From Anthoceros angustus (lineage: Eukaryota > Plantae > Anthocerotophyta), in contig VJWM01000107.1 in assembly GCA_010909165.1 (NCBI GenBank), forward strand, positions 558,001 through 622,000: DNA of 64,000 nt. Reading direction: 5' to 3'. Numbering within the stretch: the stretch's first letter is position 1; the number at the start of each line of letters is the position of its first letter. A program made the translations under genes and the position numbers. This document shows, one piece after another, positions 1 to 11,214 of this stretch. Under the pieces are notes generated by a model that was not told the origin of the DNA, made no database searches, and saw nothing but the letters and a program-made list of their open reading frames with translations.

Positions 1-81
1 CCTCTGAAGCTGCTGCATCGATGCTCAACCGTGCCACCGGCATTGCGCCTTTTGCTTAAGGCCGCTTGTTTTTTCCTTCAG

Positions 82-653
82 GCACAACGTCGAGAAGAAG
101 TCAGTGTTGGAAAATCTTGATCTAGTTCTCCTCTGCCTGGACGAGATTGTTGACGGAGGGTGAGTGCTGGAAGACCTCGGACGCATCCTTATGTCTTCCA
201 AGTCCTTAGGGCAGGGTCAGGTGGTGTCATAGAGGGAAGGAGGCACCGTTGGTAGATTTGGTCTGGATGTCGCAGGAGTCTACCTTGAGCTGGATGAGGT
301 CAAGAGCGTAGAGTTTAGTTGTGGCGGAGGAGGCTTCAGCTTCCTGCTACACTTAGTTTGTCAGATTGAGGCTGACGTGCTTGTCCCTACGTTTTTTGTC
401 CGGCAGAATGATTTTGGAGTTTGATGCAAGTGTTATCGCCGGAAGGGTGGCGATGCGTGGGGCTGATGCAGATGTACCTCTTTCGGAGCAGGTATTCTCA
501 GAATCAATAATGGATTCAATCATCAGGCTGTGGTAATTATCACATGCCTTGCTTTAGGATTGGTGATTCTCACTCCACCGTCCTGGTTTGCAGACGTTAT
601 CGCAGGCTCTAGCATCTGCTAAAGAACATTTGGCACGATCTCTACTGAAATGA
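82..653 (+). CDS. COPZ: Coatomer subunit zeta, last three exons (82-159, 407-491, 594-653); 5' part lies outside the window
   Basis: GT-AG spliced translation [73 protein letters not shown] matches the plant zeta-COP C-terminus. Confidence 0.93.
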
Positions 654-996
654 GTCTATCGTAATATCAGCTGCATGATCGGAAGTAAAGGGAAGGGATT
701 TCCTTCCAGTCCAGTGTGGCTTGCCTGGTCGGTTTTGAGATGACCTGCCCGATGCAGGCCAGGTTACCCATTCTCCTCGCTGGTGAAACTGAGCCAGCTC
801 TCTATCGGCGTCGCAAAGGCAGTGACTGACACGGTGCTGAGGGACTTCACAAATTTTTGTCGGACTCAGTACTTCGCCACTCAGATCGGGGTTGGTTTGC
901 AGGCTCACTTAGTGAACTCAGTTTTGGTGGCTATGACATTTGATACCTCTCTCCCTATAATGGGATCATGAACTGAAAGGTCTCTCGTATCGAAGG

Positions 997-3900
997 TTAG
1001 GATGGAGATCTGGTTTTGTGGATAAACTCGTCTCTCAACAGTTGGCGCATGATCTTGTTTGTCGCAGTGCGGGGAAAATCGGAAACGACAGCAAATCCTT
1101 CTGAATCGCTGAGGAGAACGCCTGTTTCAACACATCGACCTTGAGCTCTGGTCCAGGTTTCAGGACAGCTACCAGTAGCAGCTGGTCTGGACCTCCACCA
1201 GTAGCTGGCAGAGCGACGGCTGCTGTTTCCACCACTCTTTCATGGGATTTGTGGCAAACCCTCTCGATTTCCACAGAGCTCGTCTGAAGGATGGAAAAGC
1301 AGATAGGTCATGTATTGAAACCAACAATTTGGAGAGGATGGGTGGGTAAGAACGAGCCAAACCTTGATGCCTCCGAGGTTCACTGTGTCATCGGCACGGC
1401 CATGTGCCCTGTAGTATCCTCCAAAAAGCCGTTCCATTATGTCCCCATGCCTTCTCGGTCTCTGTTAGCAGCATTGTATGACGAGCATGATCAAGGAAGG
1501 GCAGGGAGCGTGCAATTCGCAAAGCAAATGACATTCCATACCTGCTCATGGAAGAATGGTATTCCGTTGTAATACACGGCGTCATGATCCCCATTTAATA
1601 TGACGGTAGACTCTCCCATGAAAGGGAGCAAAGCTATTTCTCCTATGCAGGATTCGTTGTCAGACTGAACACCAACCAGAGTCGTGTCGATCAGACATAG
1701 AGCTCCATGAACCACATCGCGCCTGGAAGGCTGGCCATTGACATAAGGACTTACATAAGGAACACCTTGCTCGTTCAAAATGACAAAAGAACGACCAAGG
1801 GAAGTAGTACTGAAAAGTGAAACCCCTTGGGGCTGTAGCAAACTCCCATGGACGTATGAACATCCCATCTCAGTACCAGACTTCCAGCAGTGGAGGGTAG
1901 TAACAGCGTCCACATAGCCACAAGGAATCATCTACGGTGGACGCCTCCCCTGTTGTGCACATGCTTCTGCAATCATTGTTGAGGGATGAGTTACTTAGGA
2001 TGCTCAGGGAAAGCTTGACGGTATTTTCCATCTCCATATATGTCCTGGAATCCGAAATTGTATCACCCATCGCAAGTTACGAGAGGTAGTCTACCTGATG
2101 TTAGACCAGTCAAGCCCCTCCATGCAGCCCGTCTTCTTCCACGTCTTTACCATACTGGGCACCACACCCAACACTGTTGCTCTAGAGTCCTGCACAGCGG
2201 TACTGTTCAACCATGAAGCATAGCATTGTAGCCTCAAATATGTTCAACAAGATTTGCAGCTGGGCTGCAATCTTCCACCTGCACAAATTTGCCGTATGAT
2301 CGCTCCAGTGGTGAACCGTAATATATCGCCATTGTTGCTCCACGCAAGAAGCATGCATAAATAAGATAGGGCCCAACCATCCACCCTAAATTGGTAGGCA
2401 TGCTGAGAATATCCTCCGACTTGAGATCTTGATGTGCCCATCCATCGGCTGCTGATACCAATGGCGTTGTATGTGTCCATGGAATGGCTTTCGGATCACC
2501 TGAGAGAGTCCACCAAACAATTAGTTTCAAAAAGAAGAAGACGATACCTTCTTACATGCTACTCTAGTCTTAAGAATTCCACACTGTCGAAGCATACCTG
2601 TAGCACCAGAAGAGAACAAAATGTTGCTGAAAGACTGGGGCGGCAACTGAACCGCCGGGTAATCAGGTTGCCTGCAAGTACACGAGAAGCGCTTGGTGAA
2701 GTCCGATTGTGTGTGTTCATTCCAGTAGGCTGGCACTTGAGGTTTGAATTGGTCACCTGTCAGTGCTTGTGATGGAATGAACACACGATATGTCACCTTC
2801 CTTCAGGGCAACACTGAGGGTTCGACCATCTGCCGGAATGACAATCGCAAAGACGCCAGATTCTGCGACTCGACTGGGTAATCGGAAGTCTTCAGTTATT
2901 GCGCAGAATAGTAGTTGAAGCACAGTAACTGTCCTAGCAAACCCCCTCTCTCTCTCTTACCTGTAGACGGGAAGCAATTTGCGTCCTCTAAGTTCTCGCA
3001 ACATGAACCTGAGTAAAGATACCCTTGACGCTGGCGATCCGCACTCGCCTAGCGATCTCCTGTGCAGCGAAACTGTCTGCAATCGAAACGACCACGCAAC
3101 CCGCCAGGACTATGGCTATATAGACACTGACGGCCTCATCATTCATGGGCATGATTATGGCCACTCGATCTCCGGTGCGAAATCCAGCAGCTCCAAGCGC
3201 ATACACAACCCGGCTACAACAACACCACGGGGCATCCACACAGTCCCACTTCAATTCCAAATCGCACAGCTCCGGTTTCCAACTTCCAAGCGCGTTAACT
3301 GGTCTCAAAGCTCTGATTCCCTTACTGCACTTTCCTCCGCAGTTCGCCATAGCTGATGCTCTTCACAGGCAAGTCATCCTGTCCTTCTACCCGCCAGACA
3401 ATAGCCGAGTTGCTATCCAGCTTCCCGATCTCCGGCATCTCCGAAAGGCAGCGGTTTGCAGCATTGATGAGTGCTCCGGGAAGCCATCGGTCCCCCGGAA
3501 CGCTTGTGTCCAAAATCCTCCTCGGCGGCCGGTGGAAAGAAATACTCATTGCCCCGAACACCACAGGCCAATAGATCTACACAACATTCATGCCGAGAAA
3601 GATTGTAACTCTCCCGGCCAGACACCATCGCCCCTGGAAACGCTGAACGCGCGCAACACTGACCTCCGGCTCCTTCGCAGACCATCGCTGCAGCGCCGGA
3701 TAGCAAACTGCGGGGTCCTCACTGCAGTCCATACCGAGAAGCTCCCTCCCCCGGGACCGGAGCAGTCGAGCCAAATTGGTGTTTGCCATGTCTCTGTCGC
3801 AGCAAGGTACCAGAGTGAGGAGCTCCACACCAGAAAGCACAATCTTCCAGACCACACCAGACCAGACCCGAGGGCGTGCGTGAGAGTGGAATTACTTGGT

Positions 3901-4182
3901 GGGGAACCACACCATCGGAGGCCCCAGCCTGGAGACATCCCAATCCGCCTAGGTCGAGTAGTACATCAACTGGTGCACCGGGTGTGGATGCCGCGGCATC
4001 AGCAGCTCCCTCGAAATCCTCCGCCAAACGTCGGCCGCGGAGGCGCCGCATCCTCCCAGCACAACACGCAGGCAGCTCCAGAATTCGCCCACTTCCAACG
4101 TGGACAGCCCGGCTGCCTGCAAATCCTCCACGCTCACTTCACGCAGGCTCTTCCATCCTTGTTGCCTATAATTGGAAGCCAT
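997..4182 (-). pseudogene. AAE17/18: AAE17/AAE18-like acyl-activating enzyme (AMP-binding), disrupted
   Basis: Exons encode [61 protein letters not shown] and FPRTATNKIMR. Lesions: in-frame TAG at 3951-3949 (YYST*ADWD); stop plus frameshift near 2990; frameshifting deletion near 1878 (LEV|GTE for expected EVCGGTE); frameshifting deletion near 1093 removing the NPLFK segment. Confidence 0.85.
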
Positions 4183-4475
4183 GACTCACAAGCCCACGGC
4201 GTGGCACAGTCAGTCCAGGTGCGAGCCCGAGCTCGCTTCCGTCTTCGGGTGCCCTGTCAGAAGTAGAGACCACACCGCATCACGATTCACGATTCAGTGA
4301 CTTACCATTCATGATTGGCTAGTTGTTCACGATTCACCAATCAGAAATGAGATCGATGGTCACAAAACGCAATGGATGCCTTGGGGATGCAATGGATGCC
4401 TTACGCCTTAAGCCTGTACAAGTTCTGTCCCATGGTGGTTTTTGCACCCCAGTGGGCACAAATAAAGTTCTTGTT

Positions 4476-4548
4476 GTTGTTGTAGCTCAGATGGTAGAGC
4501 GCTCGCTTAGCATGCGAGAGGTACGGGGATCGACACCCCGCATTTCCA
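4476..4548 (+). tRNA. tRNA-Ala(AGC)-derived sequence, probably a pseudogene (acceptor stem broken)
   Basis: TGTAGCTCAGATGGTAGAGCGCTCGCTTAGCATGCGAGAGGTACGGGGATCGACACCCCGCATTTCCA has intact D, anticodon (AGC at 4509-4511) and T arms. The 5' GGGGA is replaced by GTTGT from a (GTT)n run, and no T4 terminator follows directly. Confidence 0.8.
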
Positions 4549-4629
4549 TGGTGTACGCAGCCACGGCAACTCACACTGAGCTGAGAAGCTGGTCTTGCGG
4601 AATCGTGGCCTCGAACAATGGCCAGAGAG

Positions 4630-4751
4630 CTAGGACGATCTTCAAGAATTGGAGCAAGAATGAAGGAGATTTGACGGACTTGAGAGTGAACTAGGACGAT
4701 CGTTAAGCATAGGAGCAAGACTGAAGGAGACTTGACGGACTTAAGGCGTGA
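4630..4751. repeat. Imperfect 61-bp direct tandem duplication
   Basis: CTAGGACGATC...GGAGCAAGA.TGAAGGAGA.TTGACGGACTT starts at 4630 and again at 4691. Confidence 0.85.
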
Positions 4752-4791
4752 CAATGCGGATGAGTAGCAGCTTAATCACACAAAAGAAAGC

Positions 4792-4847
4792 CCGGTCCCA
4801 CTTCGGATCCGGTCCCACTTCACGATCCGGTCCCACTTCACGATCCG
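4792..4847. repeat. 17-18 bp tandem repeat x3 (CCGGTCCCACTTCACGAT)
   Basis: Directly visible, about 70 bp upstream of the long ORF start. Confidence 0.85.
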
Positions 4848-4917
4848 CAGGCTGGCAGAGTGTGCCCTGACCTGACCGGCCCGGCCCTCCACCTTCCCCA
4901 CGGATGGCTGGCGCGTC

Positions 4918-7900
4918 ATGGCAGGAATAGGCTTCTGTGGCGTCGCGGTCTCACTGCTGCTTTTACTCATTGGCCAATTATCGAGCACACGATCGAGGAT
5001 CGACACCGGGGGCAAGAGACGCGAGAGGATGACATTGTGCAGTGGGGAGATTCTGCGGTGGTTGTGGGGGCGGATGGGCGGCAGGTCGGATGGGGCTGGG
5101 GCCGCCCTGGAGCACGCTGCGGATCCATGGCCGTCGTCCTCGTCCTCGGCCTCGTCCGGGTGTCGTGCCCGCACGGCCAGCCTCCTCAGCGTGGCGAGGT
5201 GGGGGAGCCCCTGGCCCCGGACAGTGCAGCCTCTGGCCGCGGCTGTGCCGCGAGCTCTGACGCCGCGCGCGGGGGGAGCAGCCGGGTGCCGCGTGCCCGC
5301 GGCGTTCCGCTGCCAGATGCTCGCGGCGGAGAGCTGGACTGGGGCGGACGCGGACTGCGGCAGCGCCACGGGATGGATGAAGGGGTTGGACGGGATGGTG
5401 CCCTGGAGCGTCTCGGCGCGCGAGTTTCTGCGCGACGGCGTGGAGGAGGAGGCGCACCGGGAGATGGCTGCGCTGGTGGAGGCGGGGCGGGGCGGAGAGA
5501 GCAGATCCTGGAGGAACAGGCCACTGCTGCCAGCTGCGCGGGTGCGGGGACGGTTCGGGGCGCGGATCCCGTGGCGGGAGTCGGAGTCGTGGATCAGCAC
5601 ATTGTGCGTAGCTGGTGGAGATTTTGTACATGTGCAGGAGCTGGTGGCGGGAGCGTCGTGGAAGCGAGGAAGGAGCGAGTCTCTGTTTGGCATGAATTCC
5701 GGATTGGAGCAGTCCGAGGCAGATTCTTTGTGTGAATTGCCCGGGAAGGGAGGGTTGAGGAGCTTTCGGGAGTCCCGGCCTCCTCTGAGGTTTGTGTTTG
5801 CCTTCGGGAAGGATGCGTTTGCCTGCTCTGTGAAGAAGAGTGTCAGTTATGGCTGCAAAACAGAGTGGAGAGTTCGGGTGTTTGTCCTACCAGCTCCGGC
5901 CTCGGATGGAGTTGCAGATCATGGCCACCCCGGCGTTTGTCCCGTGAGGAAGTGCAGCATTCCGTGTGGAGAGCAGGTTGATTGTGTTCTGTGCCGCATT
6001 TGCAGGAAAGAACCGAGGTTAACTTGGGAGAGCGTGGAGCATCCTTGTCCTACTGCCGTTGAGCGCACTTCATCATCTGGCAGTGACTGTGGAGTAGCAT
6101 TTTTGGAAGTGTTAGCAAGTAGTTATCCTGAGAGCGAGTTCCCGGTTTTTGTCGCACCAGCTGCGGACCATGGCCACCCCGGATTTTGTCCACGCTCTAT
6201 GTGCAACCCCGGCGAGCCTGGTGGTGAGCACGTTCAGTGTGTTCTGTGCCGCATTTACGGGAAACAGCTGACGAGGTTAACCTGGGAGGCGCCAGGTGCT
6301 GGGTATCCTGGTCATGCTGTCAGTGAGAGCATTCCATTATCTGGTTCTGATTGTGGAGTAGACTTGCTGGAAGGGGTAGAATGCGGTCCCTGGCCGTCTG
6401 GATTAGTCTGCGAGACTAAAAGCGAGCATAATACTCCACCTTCTATACGGTTTACCGAGGATCCTGTCAGCGAGGGCCGCGTTTCTTTCTCTTGTTCGGA
6501 GACTGGAGGAGCATGTGTGCAAGTGGTGCCACGCACTCCACAGGCGTCTACGTCTTTGGTAGCTTGGTTTGTGGGACGGAGAACTGAGACCGTCTCCGAG
6601 CTAGTCTGTCCTGGACGGATTGCTCCACCGCCATTCAGACTTTCTATACAGGTTTCTAGCGTGGAGGAATCTGCGTGCATGCTGAAATTTCCTTTCTGTT
6701 TGATACCCCGCCTGGAATTTAGTCGGGATCCTAGGTTGCCCACAAGGTTACAGGGTCAAGAGGCTGCCTCTCAGATGGCCATTGATGGTGGTGTGCGTAT
6801 TGAGAGTTGGAGGGAAGTACGTAGGCTTGCTCTATGGTCCCCGTTACTCCGGCCATACAACTCACTGGACAAGCTTCCTGGAGAAGGAGACAAAGATGGT
6901 TCAGGATTGCTAGGGTCAGATAATCTGCTTCTGGACAGCGAGACACAGGCAGCACCACATAGGATGAACATGCTAATAATCTTGTCTGAGGCTGCAGAAG
7001 TTCAGGAACGAGGATCACTATCGGAGGCCTGGGCAACTGTGTTTCCTGAATGTCTATCCCAAGCAACAAGTGAGACCTGTGTAGAGACAATTGATGGAGA
7101 TACTTGTGCAGCACCGCCAGGAGTGTTGGCACAGACTAAAAGTGATGCTGCTAACAATCGAAGAAGTTTAGTCGGCTCCCGTTCAGTGGTTTTGGTGTCG
7201 GGACCACTTAATATCACCTTGATGCGGGAGTTCATACAAGGGTGGTTGTGGTATGGAGCGTACCAGATCAGCATGGAGACCCTTGTGCCTGAGGCTGCAG
7301 GAAGCGCTGAAGTAGAAAAAGTGTCAGTATGTCCAGACTCAGGGAATCTTTCTCCAGAACGTTTGTCACAAGCAACACCTGAGAGTGTTCCGGGAAGAGC
7401 GGCAAGAGAGGAAAAAACAGCAGAGACAGAGGTGATGGATCTCGCCTCCGAAAGCGATTGTAGATCAATGACTGAAATGTACGCTGATACCGGTCGAGGA
7501 AGTTCAGGTGGACAAGGTGCAGGATCAGTGGATGAGCTCATCAACTTGAAGAGCATCCCCAAGTACTGCAAGAACAAGCAAGGTAAGGTACTGACGCTTG
7601 GTTGGGTTGTGCGTCTTGCTGTAGCCGTTGTGGCTCAGAGGAAGAAGGCAATGAAGACCAACAGACTGCCAGCAGGAAACAGAGGTAGGGAAAGTCAGGA
7701 AATGAGAAACCTAACGGGCGGCCGGGCGAACGATCGGCTGAATGCTTCTCCCGTCTCCTTCCTGTGGGTGTCTGGAGCCAAAGCCAAGTTAGCATCCTTG
7801 TGGAGCACCGTCTTCCCGACCTCCCGTGCAGGTGCAGCTCCAGCTCCAGCTCTTTCAGGCGGGGAACTTGTGACAGGCCCCACTACAGGAGGTGCAGTTT

Positions 7901-8148
7901 GGGAATCGGACTTGTTGCCTAAGTCTGCGCCAGGCTCCCCAGCACATGGAAGCATGATGAAGCTTCGAAACCCCATGGCAGTCTCCAGACATCCGATCAG
8001 CTACAAGCCAAAGAATTCGCCACGGCAGAGTGAACGCAGAAAGGCCGCATTAACAGCAATCTCGCGGTACAAGCGGATCTTGACCTTCTTGGAGCCCTTC
8101 CAGCTACCAGCGCTTCACGCGTTGAAAACTAGGAGATTCAACTGCTAG
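4918..8148 (+). CDS. Uncharacterised 1076-aa protein, intronless ORF with an 89-aa internal Cys/His-rich duplication
   Basis: 3231 nt without a stop; third-position GC bias in this frame over the 5' part; internal repeat whose indels preserve frame. The true start and possible in-frame introns (e.g. 7583-7831) are uncertain. Confidence 0.7.
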   Translation: MAGIGFCGVAVSLLLLLIGQLSSTRSRIDTGGKRRERMTLCSGEILRWLWGRMGGRSDGAGAALEHAADPWPSSSSSASSGCRARTASLLSVARWGSPWPRTVQPLAAAVPRALTPRAGGAAGCRVPAAFRCQMLAAESWTGADADCGSATGWMKGLDGMVPWSVSAREFLRDGVEEEAHREMAALVEAGRGGESRSWRNRPLLPAARVRGRFGARIPWRESESWISTLCVAGGDFVHVQELVAGASWKRGRSESLFGMNSGLEQSEADSLCELPGKGGLRSFRESRPPLRFVFAFGKDAFACSVKKSVSYGCKTEWRVRVFVLPAPASDGVADHGHPGVCPVRKCSIPCGEQVDCVLCRICRKEPRLTWESVEHPCPTAVERTSSSGSDCGVAFLEVLASSYPESEFPVFVAPAADHGHPGFCPRSMCNPGEPGGEHVQCVLCRIYGKQLTRLTWEAPGAGYPGHAVSESIPLSGSDCGVDLLEGVECGPWPSGLVCETKSEHNTPPSIRFTEDPVSEGRVSFSCSETGGACVQVVPRTPQASTSLVAWFVGRRTETVSELVCPGRIAPPPFRLSIQVSSVEESACMLKFPFCLIPRLEFSRDPRLPTRLQGQEAASQMAIDGGVRIESWREVRRLALWSPLLRPYNSLDKLPGEGDKDGSGLLGSDNLLLDSETQAAPHRMNMLIILSEAAEVQERGSLSEAWATVFPECLSQATSETCVETIDGDTCAAPPGVLAQTKSDAANNRRSLVGSRSVVLVSGPLNITLMREFIQGWLWYGAYQISMETLVPEAAGSAEVEKVSVCPDSGNLSPERLSQATPESVPGRAAREEKTAETEVMDLASESDCRSMTEMYADTGRGSSGGQGAGSVDELINLKSIPKYCKNKQGKVLTLGWVVRLAVAVVAQRKKAMKTNRLPAGNRGRESQEMRNLTGGRANDRLNASPVSFLWVSGAKAKLASLWSTVFPTSRAGAAPAPALSGGELVTGPTTGGAVWESDLLPKSAPGSPAHGSMMKLRNPMAVSRHPISYKPKNSPRQSERRKAALTAISRYKRILTFLEPFQLPALHALKTRRFNC

Positions 8149-8422
8149 TTCCAACACTGGAAATCCTGGATCGGGTCCTGCGGTGTATACATGTACAGTA
8201 TTGCAACCCACGCTCCTAATCCAGTCCAGACGAGACACACGCGTAGGAGGGTATGAGGAGTTTTCAACTGTGAATATAATTCGTCATCACTCTGTGGTGA
8301 AGCATCCATCTGAGCTGACAACCTCACTGCAAAATCATAATGATTTCATTGATCTCTCTCTTGAGGCCGTGAGGCAGAAGCGCTCGGCGATTGCAATTTC
8401 CGTCGACCCTGTCGGGAGGTAG

Positions 8423-8970
8423 ACGTGGCGTAGCCTGCAGGGGATGACGTCAATGTATTATACAGCAGGCCCAGGCTGGAGTCCCGACACTGAAGGAAAA
8501 TACGAAGCCCCCGAGTGGCCAGTCCCCGACTCTGAGGAAACCAGGAAGCCGCAAGCTCCGACGCCCAAGGACGCCACCAAAGGTATGTGCACTGTGCAGA
8601 GTCTACAGACATAATTGACGACGACGAACTGCAGTCAGTGCGCAAATCTCTCCAGTCCAGCGCACAACCGCTCGGCGATTGCGGCTATACTCTCGCGGCA
8701 GCACTTGCGTGGCGATAGCGGCACTGACTGGGCGTGGACGTGGCGGAGTGAGTAGTCCGCCGCTGGTGACTTCTCCCTGCTACCAGCAGCTCCCCGACGG
8801 TGGCCATGGCGGAATGAAGGCGTCGCCACGGCAGCTGGCGTCCCCGCCATTTCCTCCACTCTTCTCTCCTTCCCGGCTACGCCCCGAGCTCCGAACCTCC
8901 GCTGGCTGGGGGTGACTGGTGACCCTCCTGCCGCCTTTCTCTCGCTCTCGCGCTGGCCGTGTGTTAAATA
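8423..8970 (+). promoter_or_regulatory. Putative ICL promoter: ABRE-like ACGTGGC at 8423 and 8738, TATA-like TTAAATA at 8964
   Basis: Motif matches only; short motifs can arise by chance in GC-rich DNA. Confidence 0.3.
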
Positions 8971-9070
8971 GCCGCGCCCTCCCCCCTCCTTGCATTCCAG
9001 CTCCTCGTCTGCACCCACCTTCCGCTCCCGCACCTTTCAGCGCAGCAGTTTACGCTCCTCAAGAGCCAGC

Positions 9071-11214
9071 ATGGCGGCGGCGCTGAGAGTGAGTGCCCGT
9101 GCCTCTTTCCGTTTGCGTTTCTGCAAAGTCTGGCAGACTGAGTGCAGTGCGGAAGGCGACACTGATGGAGCTGCGTCCTCCGATTAACGTCGTCGCTTGC
9201 GACGGGACTGCGCGTATGCGCAGAATGTGCAGGACCCGGAGCAGGCGGAGTTCGATGCGGAAGTCCGGGAGGTGGAAGCATGGTGGGGGAGCGAGAGGTT
9301 CAGGCTGACGCGCAGGCCGTACAGCGCGGGGGAGGTGGTGCGGCTGCGGGGCTCCCTGCGGCAGCACTACGCGTCGGGGGAGCAGGCCAGGAAGCTGTGG
9401 GGCCTGCTGAAGCGGCACCAGGCCAACGGGACGTGCTCTCGCACCTTCGGCGCGCTGGACCCGGTGCAGGTGACGCAGATGGCCAAGTACCTCGACTCCA
9501 TCTACGTCTCCGGCTGGCAGTGCGCCTCCACCGCCGCCACCTCCAACGAGCCGGGGCCCGACCTGGCCGACTACCCCATGGACACCGTGCCCAACAAGGT
9601 GGAGCACCTCTTCATGGCGCAGCAGTTCCACGACCGCAAGCAGAAGGAGGCGCGCATGAACATGTCCCCGCAGCAGAGGATGGCCACCCCCCGGGTGGAT
9701 TTCCTGCCGCCGCTCATCGCCGACGCCGATACCGGCTTCGGCGGCACCACCGCCACCGTCAAGCTCGTTAAGATGTTCGTGGAGCGCGGCGCGGCCGGCA
9801 TCCACATGGAGGATCAGGCCTCCGTCACCAAGAAGTGCGGTCACATGGGAGGGAAGGTACTAGGTTCATCATATCCACCTACCTTTGTCGCAAGCGAGAT
9901 CAGAATGAGAATCCCTTACCGATCGCTCAACCTGCTTCCTGAATTATGCAGGTCCTGGTGGCCACCTCGGAGCACATCAACAGGCTCGTGGCTGCCAGGC
10001 TGCAGTGCGACATCATGGGAGTGGAGACCATCGTCATCGCCAGGAGCGATTCGGTGGCGGCCACTCTGCTGCAGTCCAACATTGATCCTCGGGACCATCC
10101 GTTCATTCTCGGGGCTTCCAACCCGGCGGTGAAGGACAAGCACCTGGTCGATGTGCTCGCCAAGGCCGTGGCTGCTGGCAAGGCTGGCCCTCAGCTTCAG
10201 GTACTTGTGCGCTGCACGTCGTATGTTCGATGACAGCTTCCCTCTGACAGACGTGCGCGATCTTTCTCACCGGCATCTTGTGGCGCTGTGGCTTCCTCCA
10301 GGCCGTGGAGGATGCGTGGCTGAATCAAGCCGATCTGCGGCCGTTTGCGCATGCGGTGGGGGACGCTCTGCAGGCGCTTAATATCTCAGAGGCAGAGAAG
10401 AACTCGCGCCTGAAGGTGTGGTGGAACTCGGCGGAGTCCCTGTCCCACACCGATGCTCGGGCTCTGGCGGCCCAGCTCGGTGTCGGAAACGTGTTCTGGG
10501 ACTGGGACTTGCCGAGGACGAGGGAGGGTTTCTACCGCTTCCAGGGGGGGACGAAGGCATGCATTGCGCGTGGCAACGCGTTTGCACCGCACGCAGATCT
10601 GTTGTGGATGGAGACTGCCACTCCTGATGTGGCTCAAGCCCGGGAGTTCGCCGAGGGAGTGCGCACCAAGCACCCGAATGTCATGCTGGCTTACAATCTC
10701 TCGCCGTCCTTCAACTGGGACGCAGCAGGTTTGGCATCTTGAGATGCGCTGTTTGCGACGCAACACGAGTGTGCGAACTAACAAGCTTGATTTGTGCGCC
10801 TGCAGGCATGACCGACCAGGAAATGCAGGACTTCATTCCCAGTTTGGCTAGAATGGGATTCTGTTGGCAGTTCATCACCCTGGCAGGTTTCCATGCAAAC
10901 GCGCTGGTGGTGGACACGTTTGCGCGCGACTTCGCGCAGCGTGGGATGCTGGCCTACGTTCAGGACATTCAAAGGCAGGAGAGGGAGCACGGTGTCGAGA
11001 CTCTGGCTCACCAGAACTGGTCTGGTGCCAACTACTACGACCAGTTGCTCAAGACCGTCACTGGCGGCATTTCCTCCACCGCTGCCATGCAGAAAGGTAG
11101 GTGTTACTTCGCTACACTCATCCTTTCCGAAATAGCACATCCATCACCTGCTGACACATCTAGTTTATGGCAGGTGTGACTGAAGATCAGTTCGCCATGA
11201 AAGCGAAGCTCTAA
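9071..11214 (+). CDS. ICL: Isocitrate lyase (glyoxysomal); exons 9071-9088, 9224/9233-9856, 9952-10200, 10302-10728, 10806-11096, 11174-11214
   Basis: Catalytic KKCGHM motif, [26 protein letters not shown]; canonical GT-AG introns; ends in PTS1-type AKL*. Confidence 0.97.

Noticed and set aside
3949-3951. TAG in AAE as a readthrough or RNA-editing site
   Set aside because: The expected residue is Tyr (TAY), which U-to-C editing would not give; the gene is nuclear and has further frameshifts.
3145-4266. 373-aa plus-strand ORF
   Set aside because: Antisense shadow of GC-rich AAE exons; no recognisable motif.
4776-5735. Overlapping 305-, 291- and 217-aa ORFs
   Set aside because: Alternative or antisense frames opened by high GC in the 1076-aa ORF.
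9059-9844. 261-aa minus-strand ORF
   Set aside because: Exact antisense of the GC3-rich ICL exon 2.
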